From positions 55,207-119,206 of IMG/VR virus record IMGVR_UViG_3300038406_000196: a stretch of DNA of 64,000 nt; one strand, written 5' to 3'. Under the pieces are notes generated by a model. That model had not been told where the DNA came from, did no database searches, and was given only the letters and a program-made list of their open reading frames with translations. The DNA comes from a virus. Positions 54,843-62,433 of the stretch are shown piece after piece (positions within the stretch are counted from its first letter, which is position 1; each line of letters opens with the position of its first letter). The translations under genes were made by a program, and so were the position numbers.

Positions 54843-55705
54843 ATTGCCTCCATTGGTGCGGGTTGAGGATTCGGTGCGGGCTCGATCAGCCCGACGGACA
54901 TCAGGTGCTGCACCTCCACAACAGGCACGCCGGTGAGGATCGCGCCCCGGAAATGCATCTGCCGGGCGCGGCCGGTACCCGTCACCACGGAGACATTTGC
55001 GGCAGTACCGACCACCACCCACGAACCGGGGGCGATCTGATCCGGCGGCAGACCCGGATCGAGTCTGGGCACGGACACGACCCGCCCCGACCAGTCCTGG
55101 TCGAGTGCGGAACGGTCGACACCCAGAAACCGGTGTGCCCGCCTCCCCGCCGGGGTGCGACCGGGCACCAGCGACGGGGACTCGCGATGGTCTACCAGCG
55201 ACGGCCACGGGTAATAGACGGTCAGACCCCGGTTGGCGACCCAGGCGGAGATCCGCAGGTCATAGTTGTCGATCTCCGGGTGCTTGTCGCACCAGGCGAT
55301 CATGTCGTCGATGGCGGCCGTGGGGAGGACGATGCCGACACCCCAGTGGATCTGGCCCATGGACAGCCATGACGTGCCCGGCCCGGCGGCCCTGACCAGG
55401 CCCTGGACCAGCTCACGGTTGGGGCGCACCCGGCCGCAGTACAGGCACAGCGGCGACCCGTCGGGTACGTGCTGGAGTGCCTTCTCCACACCGGCGACGA
55501 GGTCGCGGCATACCAGCGCGTCATCCTGGATCACGAGTCCGTGGGATGCCGAGCGGCCCACGGCCTGCCAGGACCGGCGGCCGGTGTCCCAGCGGTCGCC
55601 TCTTCGGTCGAAGACTACCTCCGCCGGCCGGTCAAGCCACCCAAGCAGCTCGTCCACCATGCGACGGCGGGACGGGTGCGCCATGACAACGGCGCTGACT
55701 GTCAC
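54839..55705 (-). CDS. Glycosyltransferase-like protein with C-terminal capsid-operon-type domain
   Basis: VMAHPSR, LVIQDDALVC, YPWPSLVDH; original start separated by the IS insertion. Confidence 0.75.
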   Translation of the reverse strand: MTVSAVVMAHPSRRRMVDELLGWLDRPAEVVFDRRGDRWDTGRRSWQAVGRSASHGLVIQDDALVCRDLVAGVEKALQHVPDGSPLCLYCGRVRPNRELVQGLVRAAGPGTSWLSMGQIHWGVGIVLPTAAIDDMIAWCDKHPEIDNYDLRISAWVANRGLTVYYPWPSLVDHRESPSLVPGRTPAGRRAHRFLGVDRSALDQDWSGRVVSVPRLDPGLPPDQIAPGSWVVVGTAANVSVVTGTGRARQMHFRGAILTGVPVVEVQHLMSVGLIEPAPNPQPAPMEAM

Positions 55706-55706
55706 G

Positions 55707-57007
55707 TTGACTTCCTCCCCACGCCTGAAGGCGGGGGATTCCAACCTCACAGTTGGATCTTCCTGGTTCATCGACGGTCGCCCTCCCGCGCTAGACGCGG
55801 GCTGGTCTCACACCATCTCCGCAGGCTGCAACGGCCAGCCCGGCCGCCAAGATCACTCTTGCCGCGTTCACGTCCCGGTCGTGGACCGCGCCGCAACGGC
55901 ACGTCCACTCCCGCACGTTCAGCGGCAACTTCTCCACGACCGCCCCGCACGCCGAACACGTCTTGGACGACGGGTAGAACCGGTCGATCGCGATGACGGT
56001 CCGGCCGTACCAGTCGGCCTTGTACTCCAACTGCCGCCGCAGCTCCGACCAGCTCGCGTCTGAAATGGCGCGGGCGAGGTTGTGGTTGCGGACCATGTTG
56101 CGGACCGACAGGTCCTCGATGACCACCGTTTGGTTCTCGCGGATGATCCTCGTGGACAGCTTGTGCAGGTGGTCCCGGCGTCGATCCGTGATGCGGGCGT
56201 GCACGCGCGCTACCTTGAGCCGGGCTTTGGCCCGGTTGGCGGAGCCTTTCGCCTTGCGGGACAGCCGACGCTGGACCAGGGCGAGGCGCGCCCGGTCGCG
56301 TTGCTCGTGTCGCGGGTTGATGACCTTCTCCCCGGTGGACAGGGCGAGCAGGGATGTGATCCCCGCGTCGATCCCCACCACGTCCCGGTTCGGTGGCAGG
56401 GCCTCGATCATCGCCTCGACCAGGATTGAGATGTGCCACCGGCCCGCGCTGTCGCGGGACACGGTGACCGTGGACGGCTCCGCGCCCTCGGGCAACGGCC
56501 GCGACCACACGATGTTCAGCGGCTCATCGCACTTCGCCAGCTTGATTTGGCCGTCGCGCCAGGAGAACCCCATCCGGGTGAACGTGGCCGACGCCCGACT
56601 GCGGCGCTTCGACTTGAACGTCGGGTAGCGCGCCCGCTTGGCCCAGAAGTTGACGTAGGCGTTCTGAAGATGCTGCAACCCCTGCTGCAAGGCGACGTTG
56701 GACACCTCGTACAGCCACGCGGTGTCCGGCTCGTTTTTCCAGGTGGTGAGCATCCGGCAGGTTTCGGCGAAGCTGATCCGCCGCTGCTCCTGTGTCCACG
56801 CCCTCGACCGCTCCGCGAGCGCCCGGTTGTAGACGTAGCGGACGCAGCCGAACGTGCGGTTGAGCAGGTCTGCCTGCTGGTCGGTCGGGTAGAAGCGGTA
56901 CTTGTACGCCCGCTTCACCACCCGACTCATGCTGAAACACTAGCACGCCACTGTTGCAGGCGCCTAACCCCACAGCTAAAGCTGGGGGCCTGCGGCGCCC
57001 AAAACCG
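55707..57007 (-). mobile_element. IS200/IS605-family element, tnpB only
   Basis: Matching subterminal hairpins at 55716-55738 and 56968-56988; TGAC 5' of the left end, TCAA at the right end; no tnpA. Confidence 0.85.
55791..56930 (-). CDS. tnpB: RNA-guided endonuclease TnpB
   Basis: AYKYRFYPT, GCVRYVYN, RuvC GIDAG / IEDL / DRDVNAA, CSACG...C.CG zinc finger. Confidence 0.97.
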   Translation of the reverse strand: MSRVVKRAYKYRFYPTDQQADLLNRTFGCVRYVYNRALAERSRAWTQEQRRISFAETCRMLTTWKNEPDTAWLYEVSNVALQQGLQHLQNAYVNFWAKRARYPTFKSKRRSRASATFTRMGFSWRDGQIKLAKCDEPLNIVWSRPLPEGAEPSTVTVSRDSAGRWHISILVEAMIEALPPNRDVVGIDAGITSLLALSTGEKVINPRHEQRDRARLALVQRRLSRKAKGSANRAKARLKVARVHARITDRRRDHLHKLSTRIIRENQTVVIEDLSVRNMVRNHNLARAISDASWSELRRQLEYKADWYGRTVIAIDRFYPSSKTCSACGAVVEKLPLNVREWTCRCGAVHDRDVNAARVILAAGLAVAACGDGVRPARV

Positions 57008-57008
57008 G

Positions 57009-57617
57009 TCACAGGTAGCCGTACCTTTCCGCCAGCGCTCGCAGCCGCCTGGTCAGCCGGCACCGCGGCAGGTCCGACCACGACAGCGGGGTGACCCATC
57101 TGGCGTGGTTGACGTTTCGGGGGATCAGTTCCAGCGCCTGTGCGGCGCGGACCGGATCCACGGGACGACCACAACTGGTCAGTGTCTGCGCCACCTCGAC
57201 GGCGGTCAGGTCCTCCACCCGCCACCGATGCTGCGCAAAAGGTTCGACGAGCAGGTTCCACTCCACCCAGAACCGCATCACGCGTACCAGGTGGCCGTCA
57301 CTGTCGCGGATGATCGCCGGGTGCTGCCGGGCCGCCCAGCGGGCGGAGGGGCGCATCTTGCCGAGAAACGTCGACCGGGCCATGCACGACGCGATCACCG
57401 ACAGGGGGTGCCTGACCTGGTGGACCACGTAGGCGTCCATGTCGGGCAGGTGAGCGGCGGCGGCCCACGACGCCTCCACCGTCTCCGGCCGCAACACCGG
57501 CTGCCGCCGGTCGGAGAACACCCGCTCGTGTGAGCACCACCAGCCGCAGGCGGTGACCAGCGCCGCGGTGTAGGCGGTTCCGGAACGTTGGCAGCCGGTG
57601 ATGACCAGCGGCTTCAC
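57009..57617 (-). CDS. Sulfotransferase-like protein
   Basis: ITGCQRSGTAY 5'-PSB loop, HE, VRHPLSVIAS 3'-PB motif. Confidence 0.75.
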   Translation of the reverse strand: MKPLVITGCQRSGTAYTAALVTACGWWCSHERVFSDRRQPVLRPETVEASWAAAAHLPDMDAYVVHQVRHPLSVIASCMARSTFLGKMRPSARWAARQHPAIIRDSDGHLVRVMRFWVEWNLLVEPFAQHRWRVEDLTAVEVAQTLTSCGRPVDPVRAAQALELIPRNVNHARWVTPLSWSDLPRCRLTRRLRALAERYGYL

Positions 57618-58282
57618 GGCGTGCTGCGCGGTTCCCACCGTTGCTGATGCCACCGGAACCGGCGCGTCATCGTATAGCCGAGCGGCTTCAGCAGTTCACC
57701 GGTGGCAGCACTGTAGCCGTCGTCCCACGCCTCGGCGTAGATGACGGGCCGGTTGCGGCGGATCGTGTCGAGGCCGCCGCGGATCACCGCAGCTTCCATC
57801 CCCTCCACGTCGATCTTGAGGAGGGTGACGTCGTCCAGGTTGTAGCTGTCGAGGCGGCGCACCGGCACCTGCTTGCCCACGTACTCGCCACCACGGCGCG
57901 CAGGGCGTCCGCCGCCGGTGGTGAGGCACCCCTTGCCGTGACAGGTGGCCGTGCCCTGTTCGGCACCCAACGCCACCGGGTGGATCTGCACCTGTTCCTC
58001 GACGCTGTTGAGGGCCACGTTGGCGGTCAGCTCGGGCACCCGCAGCGGCTCGAACGCCACCACCCGCATACCGCACACGATCGCGAAGAACAGGCTGTGG
58101 TTGCCCCGGTTGGCACCGGCGTCGACCGCTACACCGGACAGGCCCAGGGAGGCGATGTCCCGCAGCACATCCACCTCGTACGGGGTGCCCGTCCGCTGGA
58201 TCTTCGCGACCCGGCCGCCACCACCAGGGTCGTACATCCGCCACGACACGCTGCCGTGGTGGAGCGTCAGGACTTCGGCCAT
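57614..58282 (-). CDS. FkbM-family methyltransferase
   Basis: VDAGANRGNHS, VAFEP, LLKIDVEGME, RPVIYAE. Confidence 0.93.
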   Translation of the reverse strand: MAEVLTLHHGSVSWRMYDPGGGGRVAKIQRTGTPYEVDVLRDIASLGLSGVAVDAGANRGNHSLFFAIVCGMRVVAFEPLRVPELTANVALNSVEEQVQIHPVALGAEQGTATCHGKGCLTTGGGRPARRGGEYVGKQVPVRRLDSYNLDDVTLLKIDVEGMEAAVIRGGLDTIRRNRPVIYAEAWDDGYSAATGELLKPLGYTMTRRFRWHQQRWEPRSTP

Positions 58283-58692
58283 TGCGCACCCCCCAGCCGC
58301 CGTTTCAGCTCGCTGGCGGAGATCCCCGGCGTGTACGGGACGAACACGAGGGTGATGCCCCGCACGTCGAGGGTGGCCTGGTCGACCTGCAGGCGGGCCA
58401 GCCAGTCATGTTGCGACCAGTCCGAGCCGATGGCCAGCACATCGGGACGGATCGCGTCCACCAGACCGCAGCCCGGTTCGACACTCTCGGTCACCTCGTA
58501 GCCGAGGGCGGCGACGATCGCTGCCCGCTCGGCGAACGTGAACACTGGCTTGTGGCCCCGCTGGCGCACCACCATGTCGTCGGACCGGATGGCCACAACC
58601 ACCCGGTCGGCGAACCGTTCGCAACGGCGCAGGAACGCCGCATGTCCCGCATGTGGACAGTCGAACGTTCCGAAGGTCAACAGGACCGTCAT
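58267..58692 (-). CDS. Cytidylyltransferase (TagD-like)
   Basis: TFGTFDCPHAGH, ERAAIV, IGSDW, YTPGISAS. Confidence 0.9.
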   Translation of the reverse strand: MTVLLTFGTFDCPHAGHAAFLRRCERFADRVVVAIRSDDMVVRQRGHKPVFTFAERAAIVAALGYEVTESVEPGCGLVDAIRPDVLAIGSDWSQHDWLARLQVDQATLDVRGITLVFVPYTPGISASELKRRLGGAQWPKS

Positions 58693-59825
58693 AGCCGGGT
58701 GATGTTTCTCGGGCTGCTGTCCCACTGCCACTGCCGTACCGGGGTCAGCCAGTCCGGCCCGTACTGGTGCTCCAGGTACTCCTCGGGCGGGGAGGGCATC
58801 AGGCAGCGCCGCAGGTAGTAGATCGTGGGCTGCATATGCTCGAACAGCTTCGCCGGGTAGTCCATGCGCAGGTTCTGCCGCTTGCCGTGCAGCTTGAACA
58901 CCGTGTCGCCGTCGGCGTAGTGCGTATGCAGGTCGATCTTCGTCGTGCCGTGAACTGGCCACATCTGCGAGTCGTGGTCCCGCCGGAATGACCACCCGGC
59001 CGCCTTGAACGCGGACCGGACCCGGTCAACGTCCTCGGGCCAGATCCCCAAGTCCACGTCGAGGTCCCACGGAATCCAGGCACCGTCGCGGATATGCCCC
59101 AGCAGCACGCCGGAGGTGAGCCACCATTTCACCCCGGCCCCGTCGAGCACGTCAGCGGCGGCCCGGAACGCGGCAACCTGCTCCCGGCCGGACCGCTGCC
59201 GGGCGGTGTTGTCATACCGGTGCCACACGTAGCACCGGGACAGGTCCGGGGTCTCACCCCGGTCCCGCGCCTTGATGGACTGGCCGGCGAACATCCACCA
59301 CGGATGCACCGTCACGTCAGCCGGCCTCAGCCGCTGATACTCCCGGTCCACAAACCTGGTCCCCACCATGTCGTGGATCCGCCCGCCCCGGTTGGCCTTC
59401 ACGCTGCCCGCCATGCCGTCGAGCAGGTGGGCGAGGAACGGGTGGCCGGGGACGGCGGCGAACACGGCCTGCGTCAGGCCGTCGGGCCGGTTCGGGGAGG
59501 TGGGGAACCAGGCCGGGTCGTCGAGCAGCGGGTCCAGTGGCTGCAGGCACTCGGCATCGGTGTCGGCGTACACCCCGCCATGCCGGTGCAGGATCTCCAG
59601 CCGGGCGATGTCGGCGCGGAACCGCAGCCAGTCCTTCGGCGCCAGCTTCTCGGCCTGGTCGTACAGCCCGCCGTTCACCATGTCCAGCACTTCGATCTCG
59701 GCCGGGGTCCACAGCCGGTGCTCCCAGTCGGGATGGTGCTGCAGCCACGTGTCGGCGTGCCGGCGGAACCGGTACGGGATGGGATCTTCGCCCGGCCACA
59801 CGCGGTGGACGATGCGGGGAATCAT
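58689..59825 (-). CDS. GT32-like glycosyltransferase fused to a LicD/fukutin-like phosphotransferase
   Basis: IPRIVHRVW, ADIARLEILHRHGGVYADTD; then SGVLLGHIRDG..IPWDLDVDLG and YLEHQYGPDW.TP. Confidence 0.9.
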   Translation of the reverse strand: MIPRIVHRVWPGEDPIPYRFRRHADTWLQHHPDWEHRLWTPAEIEVLDMVNGGLYDQAEKLAPKDWLRFRADIARLEILHRHGGVYADTDAECLQPLDPLLDDPAWFPTSPNRPDGLTQAVFAAVPGHPFLAHLLDGMAGSVKANRGGRIHDMVGTRFVDREYQRLRPADVTVHPWWMFAGQSIKARDRGETPDLSRCYVWHRYDNTARQRSGREQVAAFRAAADVLDGAGVKWWLTSGVLLGHIRDGAWIPWDLDVDLGIWPEDVDRVRSAFKAAGWSFRRDHDSQMWPVHGTTKIDLHTHYADGDTVFKLHGKRQNLRMDYPAKLFEHMQPTIYYLRRCLMPSPPEEYLEHQYGPDWLTPVRQWQWDSSPRNITRL

Positions 59826-60508
59826 GCTGCTGCCCGGGAAGCCTCAACCACCAGCTCCGCCAGGGGATGATCCAGCAGCGCCATGCTCGGGACGATGCAG
59901 TGGCCGCCGATCGGGCCGGGCATGTGCTCCAGCACCGGCTGCACGAACTTGGGGTGACCCATGGCGATGTAGCCGTCGTTGTACGTCTCGCGGAACGCGG
60001 TGTACACCGTGGCGAAGTTCAGCCCATGCTCCGCGCACCAGCCGTGGATGGCCTTCTCGAAGACGATCGACAGCCCGTAGGAGCACAGCTCTGCCAGCTT
60101 GCCTGCCTCCGTCTCGGCTGCCCGGTCGTGGACCATCACCTCGCAGCCGGCGGCCTCGAACAGCTTCGCCGCCTCGTCTGCCCGCCCGCCACCGAAGTGC
60201 TTGACGAACGTGAGCAGCGAGTCCAGCAGATCCGGATGCCGCCCGCGGACCGGACTGTGGACCCAGCCCTCCGGGTCACAGACCCCCACCGGCACCGTGG
60301 AGTGGACGACGGTCAACCCGGTTCCGTGCTCGGCCTCGTACTGCTGCACGGTTTCCACGAACCGGGCCGACCAGGGGAAGCAGACGTGCAGCACCTCAGC
60401 GTGCACGTCCACCGGTTCCACATCCCGGATCGCAGTGTGGTGGGCGCGGCCCAGCACCGCATGCACTGCGGTACCGACCTCACCCGCGCCCACCACCAGC
60501 TGCGTCAC
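59822..60508 (-). CDS. Compact UDP-glucose/GDP-mannose dehydrogenase-family protein
   Basis: GAGEVG, HSTVPVG, HSP.RG, EAGKL, GGHC; lacks the usual C-terminal domain. Confidence 0.8.
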   Translation of the reverse strand: MTQLVVGAGEVGTAVHAVLGRAHHTAIRDVEPVDVHAEVLHVCFPWSARFVETVQQYEAEHGTGLTVVHSTVPVGVCDPEGWVHSPVRGRHPDLLDSLLTFVKHFGGGRADEAAKLFEAAGCEVMVHDRAAETEAGKLAELCSYGLSIVFEKAIHGWCAEHGLNFATVYTAFRETYNDGYIAMGHPKFVQPVLEHMPGPIGGHCIVPSMALLDHPLAELVVEASRAAA

Positions 60509-61026
60509 TGGTTGACGCTGCCCACGAGGTCGAGCAGGTCCTTCTTCTCGGCCTTCTCCACCGCAGCCCGGTCATAGCCCTTGCCGACCAGGTACGCGGC
60601 GATCACCAGCGGGTTGGAGCGGCCGTCCGGCTTGGAACCGGAAGCGGTCAGCGCCTCGGCCTTGCCCACCGCATCGGCCCACTTCTGCTCCGCGTCGGCG
60701 TCCGGGTTGTCGGCCAGCGGCAGGGCATTGCCCTCGCCGTCGGGCTGGCCGTTGCCGGCCGACACCGGCGACTCGCCGTTGTCGCCGTCTCCGGCCGGTG
60801 GGACGACCGGCCCGTCTCCGGCTTCCTCGCCGGTCACGACCGGTTCGGGCGCCCCCACCTGGACCGGTGCGATCGCCTGCACCGACAGCAGATGCTCGAT
60901 CTGGGTGGGCTTCGTCCCCTCCGGCAGCAGCGACCCCCGGTAGTAGGCCAGCTTCGTCGGCCCGGTCGCGGTGTCCGTTGTGGCGTACGCGATCGGCGCC
61001 ACCACCTGGTACTGGGTCTGGGTCAC
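60505..61026 (-). CDS. Capsid-associated protein downstream of MCP
   Basis: Small N-terminal domain, acidic linker, C-terminal helical motif. Confidence 0.65.
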   Translation of the reverse strand: MTQTQYQVVAPIAYATTDTATGPTKLAYYRGSLLPEGTKPTQIEHLLSVQAIAPVQVGAPEPVVTGEEAGDGPVVPPAGDGDNGESPVSAGNGQPDGEGNALPLADNPDADAEQKWADAVGKAEALTASGSKPDGRSNPLVIAAYLVGKGYDRAAVEKAEKKDLLDLVGSVNQ

Positions 61027-61028
61027 GG

Positions 61029-61961
61029 TCAGCTCCCCGAAGTGCCGGTGATGCGGATCGCGGCGCCGGTCTCCTGCACCACGGGCACAGTCAGCCGGCG
61101 AGCCTGGAGGTCCCAGGCGTCTTTGTTGTCGAGCAGGATCGTCTTGATCTGCACGGCCTGCTCGGCCACCGCATACCCTGGGTCCACGCCGATCTCGTCG
61201 GCCATCGAACCCAGCTGGGTCGAGTCGAGCAGGAACACGTCGTCGGACGGCAGGTTCTGCTCGATTGTGGACAGGATCTTGTACGGGCCGACCATGTCCA
61301 GCTCGCCGGAGTAGATCGGGTTGTCGCTGGTCTCCCGCCGACGCAGCTGCGCGATGATGTCGTCCGAGGCCATCAGCGCAGCCTTGGTGTCGGACATCAG
61401 CAGCGTGTCCGGCCTATAGCCCTGGTTGAGACCCTTGATCTGCGCCGCGGCCAGCGCGACATCCCGCCAGATCTTGGCGGTGGCGCCGTCCCATGGGGCG
61501 ATCGCCGCGTGGGTGGCGGTCACCTCGGAGGCGACCGCGGCGATGGTGACCGCGTCCACCTGGGCGATGACCGAGTTGAGCGCCTTCCGCAGCGCCCGGT
61601 CGATCACGTCGCCGGGGAACCGGTCCCGGCGCACCTTCTCGAACGTGATCCGGGTGGCCAGACCCCACTTCTGCACCGCGGCCAGGCCGGGCGTGGGGAT
61701 GCCGGGGACGTCCCTCGGATATTCCGAACCGGGGGACACGGCCCGCACGGTGCGCGGCAGGGTGATCGACTCGTTCTGCTCGAACAAGACCGCGCCGCCT
61801 TCGGTGCGGGCGCGGCCGGTGAGGACCTGGTCGGACACGAACCGCAGCTCGGCCAGGGTACGCAGCCGGCGGCGGATGTACGCCGGCTCCTGAAGCATGA
61901 AGTGGACGTTCAGCACGTCCCCGGTGAGGGTCGGTGCGGCCGGTGGATATGTGCCGGGCAT
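61029..61961 (-). CDS. Major capsid protein
   Basis: Position after scaffold and decoration genes; VSPGSEYP, KWGL, YRPDTLLM, VPVVQETGAAIRITG. Confidence 0.88.
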   Translation of the reverse strand: MPGTYPPAAPTLTGDVLNVHFMLQEPAYIRRRLRTLAELRFVSDQVLTGRARTEGGAVLFEQNESITLPRTVRAVSPGSEYPRDVPGIPTPGLAAVQKWGLATRITFEKVRRDRFPGDVIDRALRKALNSVIAQVDAVTIAAVASEVTATHAAIAPWDGATAKIWRDVALAAAQIKGLNQGYRPDTLLMSDTKAALMASDDIIAQLRRRETSDNPIYSGELDMVGPYKILSTIEQNLPSDDVFLLDSTQLGSMADEIGVDPGYAVAEQAVQIKTILLDNKDAWDLQARRLTVPVVQETGAAIRITGTSGS

Positions 61962-62007
61962 GAGTGGTGCTCCTTCCAGGGTTGCCCGGCGGTTTCCGGG
62001 CATGGGA

Positions 62008-62037
62008 AAGCCCCGCCACGGACCCGCGACGGGGCTT
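62008..62037 (-). terminator. Hairpin between decoration and capsid genes
   Basis: aagccccg...cggggctt stem with a short U run on the minus strand. Confidence 0.45.
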
Positions 62038-62075
62038 ATCGACGTCTATGGAATTGGGTGTGGTGTGCGGGTAGG

Positions 62076-62429
62076 TCAGGTGCCGAGGACCTCGATCAGC
62101 ACACTCGTGCCGCCGGTGACGGCGATCCCGACCGGGTTCGTCGCCCCAGCGGCCACCCCGCCGGAGGCGGCAGCCTCCACCACCTGGCCAGCGGTCACCG
62201 CACCAACTGCCAGCAGCAGGTGCCGCACCCCCGGCAGCGAGATCACGGTCACCAGCGCACCGGTGGCGGCGTCGTTCGCCGCCACCCCCACCACGTCGGC
62301 CACCGTCGCCGATGTGGGCGCCACAGTGTTGTTGCCGGTGACCTGCACCAGCTGCCCGCCGGTGATCGTCGCCGAGGCGACGTACGTCTGCGTTGTGCCC
62401 GGCTCGAAAACCGCCGCGTAGTCGGCCAT
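62076..62429 (-). CDS. Capsid decoration/cement protein
   Basis: TYVASATITGGQLV...VGVAANDAATG...VGIA. Confidence 0.8.
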   Translation of the reverse strand: MADYAAVFEPGTTQTYVASATITGGQLVQVTGNNTVAPTSATVADVVGVAANDAATGALVTVISLPGVRHLLLAVGAVTAGQVVEAAASGGVAAGATNPVGIAVTGGTSVLIEVLGT

Positions 62430-62433
62430 GTTG

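Noticed and set aside
55706-55771. N-terminal extension MNQEDPTVRLESPAFRRGEEV of the glycosyltransferase
   Set aside because: Derived from the IS right end, not from the original gene.
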